Below are positions 47,020-61,133 of a DNA stretch of 64,000 nt, piece by piece. The stretch lies in assembly GCF_009914755.1 (NCBI RefSeq), contig NC_060947.1; one strand, 5' to 3'. This DNA comes from the human T2T-CHM13v2.0 reference genome, Homo sapiens. Numbering within the stretch: the first letter of the stretch is position 1; the number at the start of each line of letters is the position of its first letter. A program made the position numbers and the translations under genes. Below the pieces are notes generated by a model. That model was given only the letters and a program-made list of their open reading frames with translations, was not told the DNA's origin and ran no database searches.

Positions 47020-47150
47020 TTTCTTTTCTTTTTTTTCAAGACAGGGTCTGCTTTTTTACAGATGCATTCTGCCATGACTGGCTAATTAAAAAAATATATT
47101 TTAGTAGAGATGATGAGATTTTGCTCTGTTGCCCAGCCTGGTCTTAAACT
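47020..47150 (-). mobile_element. Internally deleted Alu remnant
   Basis: T tract plus agacagggtct joined to ctggctaatt…tagtagagatg…tgttgcccagcctggtctt. Confidence 0.75.
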
Positions 47151-47299
47151 TCAGAAATCCAGAAGTCCAGAATTCCCTTTGGAAAAAAGTGGGGCAGTGA
47201 GACATTTGCAGCCCATACTGTCTGAGCTATTATTGTAGAGTTCCTCCTTCTAGGAATCAAGCCATTTCTCAGCCTGTGGGTTCTAGATTAGAAAATTGC

Positions 47300-47605
47300 T
47301 TTATTTATTTATTTATTTATTTTTGAAACAGAGTCTCCCTTTGTCACCCAGGCTGGAGTGCAAGGGTGAGATCATGGCTCACTGTAGTTTCCAACTCCTG
47401 GACTCAAACAATCCTTCTAGCTTAGCCCCCTGAGTAGCTGGGACCACAGGTGCACACCATTATGCGTGGATAATTTTTACATTTTTTATACAGGTGAAGT
47501 CTTGCCATATTGCCCAGGTTGGTCTTGAACTCCTGGGCTCAAGTGATCCTCCTCCCTTGGCCTCCCAAAGTGCTGGGTTTTTAGGTGTGGGCCATTGTGC
47601 TTGGC
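47300..47605 (-). mobile_element. AluJ with (TTTA)n tail
   Basis: Full dimer. Confidence 0.94.
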
Positions 47606-47609
47606 GGGT

Positions 47610-47702
47610 ATACACATTTTCAAAGCTCATGGAACTATATTCTCAAAATACATTTATTCCATTATATATAAATGATGCCTCAATAAAGTTGATTTCAAAA
47701 AA
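47610..47702 (+). mobile_element. L1M extreme 3' end fragment
   Basis: caaagctcatggaactat…gcctcaataaagttgatttcaaaa. Confidence 0.6.
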
Positions 47703-47717
47703 GGGAATTTTCTTAGA

Positions 47718-47955
47718 GAGGATTTCTCCTCCTGGATACTACTGACATTTGGGACTGGGTAATTCTTTGTGGTGGGGGCTGTCCTATGCATTGTAAGATG
47801 TTTAGCAGCACCCCTGGCCTCTGCCCACTAGGGAACATCCCTGACTCTATTCCCTCTTCCGCACTGGGCCATGACAAACAAAAATGTCTACAGACAAATG
47901 TTCAATTATCAAATGTTCCCTAGTAGACAAAACATCCACCAGTTGGAAACTGCTT
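47718..47955 (-). mobile_element. MER20
   Basis: actgacatttggg…taattctttgtggtgggggctgtcctatgcattgtaagatgtttagcagcacccctggcctct. Confidence 0.9.
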
Positions 47956-47959
47956 ATCT

Positions 47960-48320
47960 AATGCCACAATACTTGGTTCACTTAAATGACAAAATAAATG
48001 AAAGACACTGAAATCAGCAGACAACCCAGAAATGGTCACCAGTAAATAAGAGTTTTTAGTGCATGAGGAAGATAATGCATTTAGTGAGTGTTAGAAACAT
48101 TAGTCTTGCATGTTTTTTAAATAAATGCAAACTTTGGAAAAAACAAATGTAGGTCTCTATTTTACGCCAAACGTCAAAATTCCAGAGATATGCAGTTAGA
48201 GTTAAATTGCCTGATACAATGAGAAAAAGAACATAGAGGTGGGTATGACCTTAAAGCAGAGACAGTCCTTCTAAGTAATTTCAGAGATAGAACTTCAAAG
48301 GGGGATGGGATTTTTGTTAC
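47960..48320 (+). mobile_element. Ancient L1M ORF2 fragment
   Basis: Degenerate similarity (acaacccagaaat…tctctattttacgccaaac…aaaattcc). Confidence 0.4.
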
Positions 48321-49459
48321 TTAAGCTCAATAAGTCAGATAGAATGATTGCACCTCAAAGCAAATTTGTCCATAGCTTCAAATGGAATGGTTGCATCTCA
48401 GAGCACGTATCCCCTCCCCATCCAGCACTGAAGCCCAGAATGAAATGTGACCATAAAAATTTGCACTACTAATACTGTAATCAATCAAATAACATTTTTT
48501 CCCTACCTGGAAGCCTAAATTATATTGAATTATATACTATAAATTAAATTGATATATTTATTATTTTCAATCCCTCTGTGTGATATGCATGGAGAAAATA
48601 TATCGCAAGGTTTATGGTTTAACTAATCATTTAAAAAGAAGAATAATACAATTTTCTTGCAGGAAAATGGAGATATAAGCCTTATGCATATATATAAAGT
48701 ATGCTTTTCTCATATTTAAATTAAGAGAAATATGACTATTTTGACATTACATAATGACATATAAGGACTATAAAGGTTTTTGTTTCCAACAGGGAGACTA
48801 TGCCACTAAAATTGCATTAAATCAGAAGAATTATCGATGGCAATATAAAACAAAAACAGAAGTCAGAATCACAGAAAAATATTTGAAAATTCATTAAAAA
48901 TATTACACAATGCATAACTGCAAGTTTTTGTTCCTGACATACTTACGTATAGAAGCAACATATTCTAAAATACAGTGATTTAATGAAGTTCAGTGATAAA
49001 CAGTTGACATATCTCTCATTTGAAAATATGTTAAAATGATGAATAATTTGGTCAATGATTATTGATGGAGTGCTGATACTAGAAAACCACATGGTTTTGT
49101 ACATTTCTATTATCAGCCAAGAATGACTTAATTTTTCTTTTCTTAGTGAGGTATATTTGGTTAGTTGGCTACGCAACATCTATATGCCCATTTTTTTCCA
49201 GCTATCAGAAATCCTAAAAGTGTGACAGCAATGTGAAATAAATCAAGTGATTAATCAATATTGATCCAATGCAATCATGACATTTCTCTTCCTGCTTACC
49301 CAACTTCTCCTGGGCCATGTGACCTGTACAGCCAGTAATGTACATGGTGTATCCACTGGTGAAGGGAGTGGTGTGGCCATCTGTCCTCCATCTCTCTGCC
49401 TGATGTGTAGACAGGAAGCAGAAAAACATTCTCATGGAGCCTCTTATCCCCTGCCAGAA

Positions 49460-49927
49460 CCGACAGAATTTCTTTGCTTGACCAAACTGTGGTCATGCTC
49501 CTAAACCTTATCTTAGGTCCTTCTGTGCACTTCCTTATAAAATCCAGTTTTAGCAAGAACCCTGCTAAGCCAGTTTAGCAAGAACGCTTCACTCTCCATA
49601 TCTGTTCAGACTTCTCATCCCCCTCCCTCCCCCAGGTGATGTTTGATTTCACTGGCCTGTCTTCAGCTAAAATCCTGTTAGGTCAGCTTAGCCAGAATCC
49701 CTGTCATCCTTGGTGTCTCCTCTTAGTCATTTTCCATCCACTGACCTCCGCCCTGCTCCCCGGCTATAAATCCCCACTTGTCCATGCTATATTGAGAGTT
49801 GAGCCCAATTCCTCTCCCCCACTGCAAGACCCCATTGCCATAGTCCCTGTATCTATCCCAATAGCCCAGAATAATGTCTATTTTACCATGCTTTAACAGG
49901 CATAATTAATATTTCTTTTATTTAACA
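49460..49927 (+). mobile_element. MER31 (ERV1) solo LTR
   Basis: cttgaccaaact…aaaatccagttttagcaagaaccctgctaagccagtttagcaagaac…ggctataaatccccacttg…tttaaca. Confidence 0.85.
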
Positions 49928-50011
49928 CGGCATACCATGTTCAGGCTTCTGGTTAGCTGAGAAAATTAGCACCCTGTATGTTTAATCCATCTAGAGTTAG
50001 ATGATAGTTGC

Positions 50012-50600
50012 TGTTTTAGGCTGAGCTTTATCCTCTCCAAAATTCACATGTTGAGACATTAATCCCCAGGACCTCAGAGTGTGACTGTGTTTGGAGGTGG
50101 GGCCTCTAGACAGGTGATTAACATAAAATGAGGTTGTTACTGTGGACCCTAAGCCAATAGGATGGGGGTCCTTATAAGAAGAGATGAGGACACAGACACG
50201 CACAGAGGGACCACCATGTGAAGACACAGGGAGAAGGTGGTGCCTACAAGTCAAGGGGAGAGGCCTCAGGAGGAACCAGCCCCGCCCACGCCTAGATCTT
50301 GAACTTCCAGACTCCAGAACTGTGGGACAATAAATGTCTGTTGTTTCTAAGCCACCTAGTCTATGGTATTCTATTATAGCAGCCTGAAATGGACTGAGGA
50401 CACAGACATGCACAGAGGGACGACCCTGTGAGGGCACAGAGAAAAGACGGCATCTACAAGCCAAGGAGAGAGGAGGAACCAGCCCTGCCCACACCTTGAT
50501 CTCAGACTTCCAGCCCGTAGGACTATGAGAAAATAAATTCGATTGTTTAAGCAGCCCAGTCTATGACACCTTCACATAGCAGCCCTAACAAATTAACATA
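50012..50600 (+). mobile_element. MLT1B/C-type LTR (STIR-like) with tandem duplication of its 3' ~210 bp
   Basis: gtccttataagaagagatgaggacacagacacgcacagagggac…gcctcaggaggaaccagccc; unit 50185-50394 repeated at 50395-50598. Confidence 0.9.
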
Positions 50601-52068
50601 TTAAATGGTTACCTCCAGCCTAAAGAATCTGGCAGCATCGATATATTAATATATAGTTTTGATTATGAGACTTAACCACAGATTATGTCCTGGAGCCAGA
50701 TATGGACAAGGTACATTCTGGCGTTTGCCCAGCTACAATGCAATGCTAGTGACCATGAGTAGACAATAGCCATGACTGACAACTCCAATACCTTTAAGAT
50801 GATGATCATGGTTTCTGGGGAGGAGCCCAGGTGGCTACCATAGAAGGACCCTATTGGATTTGTCAAGCACCAACTGCAAACTCAGTGATTATGCCAGCCA
50901 TGAAACTCACATTGTTACCTTACAGTCACAGTGAATTAATACCTATGAGAAATGTGAGCTCACACAAAGTTTTAGAATATTTACTGCATTATAACTCAGA
51001 ATATGACCACACTGTTTAAATATTAGGACACACAGTGGTTTTCAAAAACTGATGCCTACTACAAATCCATCCAATCAACACATACTCATCTAGTAAACAC
51101 CTTTAGATAGAGCCTGTGCTACCAAGACTACAATGATATCTAGATGACTTTGTTGTCCTCACAAAGCATAAAGTCAAGCAATAGAGAGAAACAGCATCTG
51201 TAAGTATATGAAAAGTATAACAAAATGTTAACAAATACCAGCTGCTCTGATTTCTCTGTCTCATCTAAATTGCATAGGAAATATTGAGTTTCTTTATTTT
51301 TGCAGGTCAGCTGATGCCCTGACTCAGATAGCCCATCTCAACAAGCTGATGAGACAAACTCAGTTCTTCTCCTTATTCCATGGATATGCCACATATGTGA
51401 GGTTGTTCCTGCATTGTGCCTTTTTGCAACCTATAGGGTCTTTCAGGCATTAGCAGTTCATCTGCGTTTGTGGTTTGTACAGAACAGCAGAGTCAATTTG
51501 CCATAGGAGAATCATGCAGCTGTTTCAGGTTAAGGAATGATAGCACAAGTACCTTGCTTGCAAATCTAATAGACTACACCTCAGATGACTCTTCCGTGCT
51601 TCGCAAAACTTTTTTAAGTTCAAGTAAATTCCCTTTCTCACAATTAGTGCATCCCAGGATTATCACCCTCTGTTTGACACCCAATATAATTCCCTGTAAT
51701 TAGTTGCTCATTTTGGAAACATAAAAATTAGAAAGATAATGGATTTCTTGAATTATTATTTTTTTTTCAAGGAGAGATTGAAAATTTCTGAGCCTAGGAA
51801 TCTTAGTGCATAAAACCTTTTTAAATGAGGGAATGGAAACATGATATTTATATCTCACTGCTCTAAAGGAAATAAAAAGTGGGGTTTCTTGAAAATGAAA
51901 AAGGGCTAACAAAAGTATTGGAAGAGTAGATATAAAAAGTCCACTAAGGTGAGGGAACATTTGAGAACTAGTGGATGATTGATGTTAGTTGAAGGTAAGA
52001 GAGAAATGATTTCTTGCAGTGGGTAAAGCAGTACGCGCTTGCAAGGAGTAATGAAAAATACATGCTTG

Positions 52069-53568
52069 CACATGGAATCAAAAAAGAGCCCACATTGCCA
52101 AGAAAATCCTAAGCAAAAGGAACAAAGCTGGAGGCATCACGCTACCTGACTTCAAACTATACTACAAGTCTACAGTAACCAAAACAGCATGGTACTGGTA
52201 CCAAAGCAGATATATAGACCAATGGAACAGAACAGAGGTCTCAGAAATAGCACCACACATCTACAACCATCTGATCTTTGAAAAACCTGACGAAAACAAG
52301 AAATGGGGAAAGGATTCCCTATTTAATAAATGGTGCTGGGAAAACTGGCTAGCCATATGTAGAAAGCTGAAATTGGATCCCTTCCTTATACCTTATACAA
52401 AAATTAATTCAAGATGGATTAAAGACTTAAATGTTACACCTATAACCATAAAAATCCTAGAAGAAAACCTAGGCAGTACTATTCAGGACATAGGCATGGG
52501 CAAAGACTTCATGACTAAAACACTAAAAGCAATGGCAACAAAAACCAAAATAGACAAATGGGATTTAATTAAACTAAAGAGCTTTTGCACAGCAACAGAA
52601 ACTACCATCAGAGTGAACAAGCAACCTACAAAATGGGAGAAAGTTTTTGCAATCTACCCATCTGACAAAGGGCTAATATCCAGAATCTACGAAAAACTAA
52701 AACAAATTTACCAGAAAAAAGCAAACAACCCCATCAAAATATGGGCAAAGGATATGAACAGACACTTCTCAAAAGAAGACATCTATGCAGCCAACAGATA
52801 CATGAAAAAATGCTCATCATCACTGGTCATCAGAGAAATGCAAATCAAAACCACAATGAGATACTACCTCATGCCAGTTAGAATGGCAATCATTAAAAAG
52901 TCAGGAAACAACATGCTGGAGAGGATGTGGAGAAATAGGAACACTTTTACACTGTTGGTGGGAGTGTAAATTAGTTCAACCCTTGTGGAAGACAGTGTGG
53001 TGATCCCTCAAGTATCTAGAACTAGAATTACCATTTGACCCAGCCATCCCATTACTGGGCATATACCCAAAGGATTATAAATCATGCTACTATAAAGACA
53101 CATGCACACATATGTGTATTGTGGCACTGTTCACAATAGCAAAGACTTGGAACCAATCCAAATGTCCATAAGTGATAGACTGGATTAAGAAAATGTGGCA
53201 CATATACACTATGCAGCCATAAAAAAAGATGAGTTAATGTCCTTTGCAGGGACATGGATGAAGCTGGAAACCATCATTCTCAGCAAACTATCACAAGGAC
53301 AGAAAACCAAACACCACATGTTCTCACTCATAGGTGGGAACTGAACAATTAGATCACTTGGACACAGGACGGGGAACATCACACACCGGGGTCTGTTGGG
53401 GGGTCGGGGGCTGGGGGAGGGATAGCATTAGGAGAAATACCTAATGTAAATGACAAGTTAATGAGTGCAGCAAACCAACATGGCACATGTATACCTATGT
53501 ATCAAACCTGCACGTTGTGCACATGTACCCTAGAACTTAAAGTATAATAAAAAAAGAAAAATATGCAA
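52069..53568 (+). mobile_element. 5'-truncated L1PA5-7 (1.5 kb): ORF2 C-terminus and 3' UTR
   Basis: ORF 52373-52969 is L1 ORF2p ([19 protein letters not shown]…[11 protein letters not shown]); TSD aaaaatacatgc(t/a)tg at 52054-52068 / 53569-53583. Confidence 0.97.
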
Positions 53569-53779
53569 AAAAATACATGCATGAAATTCAATAAAAAGGA
53601 AGTTACTGAGAGAGTAGATGGAGTAGAAAAAGAATGGATTATGGAAATAAAAGGCAATAAAACATGAAAGATGGGACTTCCATTGATTAAAGGTGATGAT
53701 AACTAGCCATAAACTGAGGACTGTCATCAATTCAACTGAAGGCTAGGAGTTTCAAAGTAAAAGAATGTTTTATTTATGG

Positions 53780-54425
53780 CATATATATATATATGTAAAT
53801 GAGATACATATATCTCTCATTTACCAATATATTGTCTATCTATCTATATCTGTTATCTATCATCTGTCTAATCTATCTATCTATATCTATGCATCTATCT
53901 ACCATCTATCATCCATCTTCTATTTATCTAGATGGAAGGATGGATGGATGGATGGATAAATGGATCAAAAATTAGGCAAATAAATGATAGATATATATGT
54001 ATTGATATTGAGGGTTGTCAGCTCTTTTTATCTGAATACTCTAGTCAAGAGAACTTTAAAAGAATTTTTTTAAATTTGGTATATGTCTTAAGTATACCAA
54101 GTGTAATTGTAAGTTAATACAAATTGCTGACATCTACTCGTTGGTTACTCTACATCGGAGTTCAACTATATGGGTAGGAGTATAAATTAATATTATATGT
54201 AATACATATTAGATATACTAACTCGTATCTATGTTCTAGCTATCTTTCATTTATATATTCATTACCAATCTGTATCTGTTTATCACCTGTATATATGTAT
54301 ATACATATTATATAGCTGTTGTTTTTCTATTTATCTTCTATTTATGTAGATTGACAGATGGAAGGATGGATGAATAGATGGATGGGTGGATGAAAAGACA
54401 GAGGGATAGATGACAGAGATAAACA
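53780..54425. repeat. Two (TCTA)-to-(TGGA) low-complexity blocks
   Basis: Both share atcttctatttat.taga…gatggaaggatggatg. Confidence 0.75.
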
Positions 54426-54784
54426 TAACCAATTAATATTGCTAATGTTCACAAACTAAGGGAGATGATAACAAAAATGTGAAGAGTTGCCATGCAGTGT
54501 TAACCCCGAGCCATTGATAAAATTGTCCACTTTGCCCAACCCACTCAACTTCAAGAGGTGGGGAGTGACGGATGTTTTCAAATGGGAGATGTTGAACCCA
54601 GTTTCCCAGTGGTGGCGTGGAGGTGCAGGGGATGACAGACTCTCACTCAATATCTATTTCAAACCCTTTCAATGTATCCCTCCACATTGCTGAACCTAGA
54701 AAAATAAAAAAAAAAGTGCACTCTTCATTTCCTCTACAGATAAAGATTATGCATGCAATTTAGACCTTTTTCCCTTTCTTTGTA

Positions 54785-55310
54785 AACTTTTTTGATGACA
54801 TAAAACATGTATTCTGAAAAAGGTCTTAGAAAAATCAACCAGCTTTCCAAATAAGGCAAGACCTATAGACCAACCACCCTATCAAGAAATAGAAAATCAT
54901 CAGGACCTTGAAGTACCCCACAGGGGTTCTCTGCCTTTCCCCTTGGAGACAGCCTTAGCTCATATTTTACTGCAATTGCTTCCTCGTGTTTTTTTTCTAA
55001 ACTTGTATGCATAAGAGTGAAAATTTTGGAATTTCTCATAAATAAGCTTATAGCTTATGTGTTGTTTTGTCTCTGGCTTCTTTCACTGACTATCACATTT
55101 TGAGATCCAGCCAGGTGTTGTAAATACCTTGTAGTGGATTTACTGTCTCTGGTGTCTAGTATTTTATTCTATGAATATACCACAGTGTATTGATTCATTC
55201 CATTGTTGGCAGATATGGTAATTGATTTCATTTGCAGCTCCTTTAAGCCATGCAGCTGTGAGCATTTTTCATCATATTACTTGGTTCACAGAGAATATAA
55301 TTATGAGTAA
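54785..55310 (-). mobile_element. L1ME 3' fragment
   Basis: tctggcttctttcact…ttttgagatccagccaggtgttg…attctatgaatataccacag. Confidence 0.7.
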
Positions 55311-56039
55311 AATTCCGGGTGCTTTATGTGATTTAGTCTTTGCCGACTGGATGCAAGCACCTAAAATTCTGAAGGTGGAAGATAGACTGCCTCTGCTCTT
55401 TCTCACTGGAACACTCAAATACACAGTGGAGTTTTATTTTCCCATGTCTCATCACTCCATAGGACAGTTCTTAGCTTTGTGGGCATTACAGGGGATGGTG
55501 CCAAGCATTCACTTTTGTTTGTTCAGATCTAGCAGGGCAGTGCAGCGTATGAGACAAGAGGTGCAGTCATGAGCCATGGAACTCAGAGAATTGGATTAGG
55601 ACATTTAGTTGGGCTCATGGGACTCTAAGTTCGCTGAACTCCCAAATGCAGCCAATCCTCAATTGACCCCCAAAATGCCCTCTCTTTCCATGTGAGGAGC
55701 TAATTTTTGCTTGCGTACATATTTTGCCTGATATCACTTGAGGTGTTTGTCTTGCAAAGGAAGGTCCCTTATTATCATACCACCAGTAAAGGCCTTCCCT
55801 TTCTCCAGACATATCATTAAAATCAGATTCCATCTTGTCCCAGGAGGACAAGTAGAAAGTCTCATCCAGGAAGAAACAATGTGCATGCTAACGAAATAAG
55901 ATTTTGCCAAGTCATATTGTTAGAAATGTGAGTAATCTATATGAAGATGGCTGCTAAGGGTGTTAGACACAGAAATAAATAAGCAGAATTAGGAATCAAG
56001 CCAAATATATTCATTTGGGTGCACTCGAGAATTTGTATT

Positions 56040-56240
56040 AAAAGTGATCACTCCATGCATAGGTGAAAATATGCAGTATTTGTTTTTCTGTGTCTGGCTT
56101 ATTTCACTTTGCACAACATCTTCCAGGTTCATCTTTGCTTTGCAAATGATAGCATTTCCTTCTTTTTAATGAGTGAATAGTATATTCTTGTGTGTGTGTG
56201 TGTAATATTTTCTTTATGCATTTATCTGTTGATGGACACT
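56040..56240 (-). mobile_element. L1M 3' fragment
   Basis: atgcagtatttgtttttctgtgtctggcttatttcactt…gcaaatgatagcatttccttcttttt. Confidence 0.8.
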
Positions 56241-56244
56241 TAGA

Positions 56245-56680
56245 GAAGAAGGTGAGAGATGCTTCTATTCCAATGAACTCCTCAAATGAAGCTGGGATAA
56301 AGGAACCCCTGAGTGGCCAACGCCAGTGGAAAGTGCTTAACCACAAGAGACAACATGACCATGAATATTATAATATGCAGTATGACTAGACTGGCTGTTA
56401 TAATGGCCAGCCTACATACAGCCCTGACGTTGTATGATGCATCAAGAAGGGTCCATGGTGGAATAAAATGGAAAACCCAAGAGGACTTTACTTGATCTAC
56501 TTGAAAACAGCAACAAGAAAACTCCAGGTCTGCTCAACAGAATCCTGTCTTGAGTCAACACAATGAACAGTCATAGCCCCTCAGTTAATTATCACACCTT
56601 GATTGGTTTAATCTTAGAGATACTTCAGTACTGTTTAAGAGGTTCTCTTGATCAAGAATCCACTAACACTACCATTAGGT
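56245..56680 (+). mobile_element. ERVL internal (gag C-terminal) fragment
   Basis: Degenerate match to HERV-L gag end (gccagtggaaagtgcttaacc…ttacttgatct…gaaaactccaggtctg…gtcatagcccctcagt); no intact ORF. Confidence 0.55.
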
Positions 56681-56699
56681 GTGGATGACAAATCTTGCT

Positions 56700-57237
56700 G
56701 TTGTTCACAAAATATTACATTTTTGATAGTCATCTGATGATTCACAGAGCTGTCATTCATTTATTTTCACTCTTGCACAGCATTTCTTCATATAAATATT
56801 CCGCAATATATTTATTCATCTACTGCGGGTGGGTGTTTATGTTATTGGAAGATTTTAAGAGGCTAGATGTCATATATGTACACCTTTTACATCTATTTTT
56901 GTTTGCATATGGCAGGAATTTCTACCTGTATTGGATCATACACATGTTCAGTGTTACTGAGTAATACCATCTATTTTCAAAAGACACTCTACAAATTCAC
57001 ACTTCTGTCAAACATAGATGAAGGTTCCTGTTGCTGCAAATTCTATTTTATTGGTGTTTTATGATGACTATGAAATATTTGCTTTTTGTTGTTAATTTCT
57101 AAGTTATATTATCAAAATGTTTGTACATACAGAGACATAGTAGAATAGTGTAATGGACACCCACATATTCATCATCTAGAATTAACAGTTATTAACATTT
57201 TGCTATGTATCTGCTTCATCAGTTTATTTCATCGAAA
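56700..57237 (-). mobile_element. Old L1M fragments
   Basis: tagaatagtgtaatggacacccacatattcatcatctagaattaacagttattaacattttgc and upstream motifs. Confidence 0.55.
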
Positions 57238-57573
57238 TATTTTATTTTATATTTTATTTTATTTTATTTTATTTTAATTTTATTTTATTTGAGGCAAGGT
57301 CTTTTTCTGTCACCCAGGCTGCAGTGAAGCAGCATGACCATGGCTTACTGCAGCCTTGACCTCATGGGCTCAATCCATCCTTCCAACTCAGCCTCCCTAG
57401 TAGATGGAATGCAGGCACATGCAGCCACGCCCGGCTAACTTTTTCAGGTATTTTTGTAGAGGATGAAGTCTCCCTATGTTGCTCAGGCTGGTCTTGAACC
57501 TGGGCTCAAGTGATCCACCCACCTTGGCTTCCCAAAGCACTGGGATTATAGGCTTGAGCCACCATGCCAGACC
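57238..57573 (-). mobile_element. AluJ with (ATTTT)n tail
   Basis: Full dimer. Confidence 0.94.
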
Positions 57574-58715
57574 CATGCTTTTTTATATGTTTGTTTTGAA
57601 ATTTCCCCTAATGACAAACTAAAGCAATAAATAAAAATGTAACATCGTAAAGGCCTCTTACAGGGAACCACGAACAAGGACAGGAATTCACAACCTATGA
57701 GCGATAGGACAATGTCATACTTGGACAGGTGGAAGAAAACTCTTGTGGTTGTCAATCTTGTTGCTGAGGCTTCTTCCAGCAAGTGAGCTATGTAAGTGCT
57801 TAGTCACAAAGGCATTTCAAGCAATCGAAACAGAATATAAAATGCATTTCTGATTGAGCATTCAAGAGCTACAGGGGACTCTGTGTTCTATTAGGAGAGC
57901 TCACAGCACCCTGACCCTGGAGGCTGTAGTAAGAGCAGTCACTTGTTAGCGGAGAGCAGTTGTCTGAGCCATTGGCCACTGACCATGATTTCAGCTCTAA
58001 TTACTTGCTCATGGTGCCATATCCTACTGCCATATATGGACCATACGATTGGTACACATCAACCCAGACCAATCCTAGAGCTGCAAGAAATCTCAACACA
58101 ATAGAGTACAATTCCTGCTGCTGAAATGGATTGGTACATGTGAACTGGTATTCTGAGCAATGTCATTCATGGGAGGTCACTTAAGATCGGAGTTATCTTT
58201 TACTACATGTTGTGTGTTCTTGCAATTTTTGCGTGTCTGTACCTTATAGAGGATGGGTTCATAAATGGCTGGGCTAGAAGGGAACATTCCATGTCATTTG
58301 GGCCATAATTACAATGTTGCCTAGGAAACTGCACCCTACAGAACAGCAAGGCATATGAACCAAATGTGTAGTTATGACACCCTTACGCCCTACCCTGTCT
58401 TGCATGGAAACCTTAACTTGTCCTTAACATGGGTTGCTCCATCTCTACTCTGTGGCCTTTTGAACTCAATAATACCTGCGAGCCATAAAGCAAGAGCCTC
58501 ATCTGTCCTGATATCCTGCTGCTGTTTTCTGTTAATACTACTAGTCCATCAATACTTCAGAATGCCAATAACAGCTTACTTAATCCGAGGGGCTGGCTTT
58601 CATTTAATATTTTTCTACATCCTTTGTAATTTGAAAAGAGATGGTGGCGTCTACATTTACCCTCTTCTGCACGACACAACAGCTGTGTATATTACTCAGT
58701 GAATATTTTAAATAG

Positions 58716-59068
<353 letters not shown>

Positions 59069-59069
59069 A

Positions 59070-59265
59070 ACTTTATTTTTAGAGCAGTTTTAGGTTCACA
59101 GCAAAATTGAGCAGAAAAATGAACCTACATTGACACATCATTATCACCCAAAGTCCATAGTTTACATTAGAGTTTACCCTTGGTTTTGTATATTCAATGG
59201 ATTTGGACAAATGTACAATAAGATGTATCCATCATTATTGTGTCATACAGAGTAATATCACTGAG
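59070..59265 (-). mobile_element. L1MC 3' end fragment
   Basis: ttttagagcagttttaggttcacagcaaaattgagc…cattatcacccaaagtccatagtttacattag. Confidence 0.85.
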
Positions 59266-59477
59266 AGATATTTATACAGCATAATAATCACTCACTGATA
59301 TTTAACTAATGAATGAAAAACAGGTGACTATTTAGATGAACTTAAAACTGCAAATTACAGCTCCTAATGGTGAGAAAAATGAAGTACACATCTAAATACT
59401 GGGAATATGTAAGCACAATGAAGACAGCCCCATAGTGCCAACAATGTGAAAACTGAAATAACCTTAATACACATTGT

Positions 59478-60240
59478 ATGACAATGGAATATTATTCAGC
59501 CATTACAAAGCAGGAAATTCTGTAATTTGTGATGAACCTGCAGGACATTATGTTAAATGAAATAAGCCAGGTAGAGAAAGACAAATACTGCATGATCTCA
59601 CATATATGTGGAATCTAAAAAAGTTGAATTAACAGAAACAGAGAGTAGAATAGTAGGTATCAGGGGCTGGGGACTGGGGGGAATGTGAGATGTTGATCAA
59701 AGAGTACAAAGTTTCAGTTAGGCAGGATGAATACGTTCTGAAGATCTAATGTATAACATGGCGACAATAGTTAATAATACTGTATTCTTTACTTGAGACT
59801 GGATAACAGAGTATATGTTAAGTGTCCTCATCACAAATACACACAAAGACACACACACATACACTCACAATAACTATGGGTGACAATAGATGCATTAATT
59901 AATTTGATTGTAGTAATCATTACACAATGTATTTGTATATAAAATCCTCATGTTGTACACCAAGCTTGTCCAACCCACGGCCTGCAGGCTGCATGCGGCC
60001 CAGGACAGCTTTGAACCCAGCCCAACTGAAATTTGTAAACTTTCTTAAAACATTGTGAGACTGTTTTCTGCAATTTTAATTTTTTTGTTTAGCTCATCAG
60101 CTATCGTTAGTGTTAGTGTATTTTATGTGTGGCCCAAGACAATTTCTCTTCTTCCAATGTGGCCCAGGGAAGCCAAAAGATTGGACACCCCTGTTGTACA
60201 CCTTCAATATATGCAATTTTAATCTGTCAATTAAATTTTT
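59478..60240 (+). mobile_element. L1MA(8-9-like) 3' end, split by MER30
   Basis: caatggaatattattcagcc…gtacaaagtttcagttaggcaggatgaata…tgttgtacac|cttcaatatatgcaatttt. Confidence 0.9.
59961..60193 (-). mobile_element. MER30 (hAT-Charlie)
   Basis: caagcttgtccaaccc…ggcccagggaagccaaaagattggacacccctg; perfect 8-bp TSD ttgtacac. Confidence 0.95.
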
Positions 60241-60576
60241 TAAAAAACTTTGTATTTGGGAGATGTTAAACTTTTATGTAACTGAAATTAGATTTCTTTC
60301 ATGCTTTATGAACTATGGAATACATTTGAAATTGTTTTTAATATTAATTAATTTCAAGATAATTCAAGGTGGAGACACACATACATACACACAAGAATTC
60401 AGATTTATGCCGTACTGCAAATAGATGACTTAAATAAACTCACTGTTAACTCTAATCACCCTCCTGTGCAACGGAACACAAGAAATTATTTCTCCTGTCT
60501 AATTAGAACTTTGTATCCATTGATCAGTAAGAACATTGGCACACACATTAGTTACATCATTCTTCTGTTCAGATGC

Positions 60577-61133
<557 letters not shown>

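Noticed and set aside
49997-50494. 165-aa minus-strand ORF
   Set aside because: Antisense reading of the duplicated MLT1 LTR; the internal peptide repeat mirrors the DNA duplication.
52373-52969. 198-aa ORF as a host gene
   Set aside because: C-terminal part of L1 ORF2p in a 5'-truncated, frameshifted copy with no promoter, endonuclease or RT domain.
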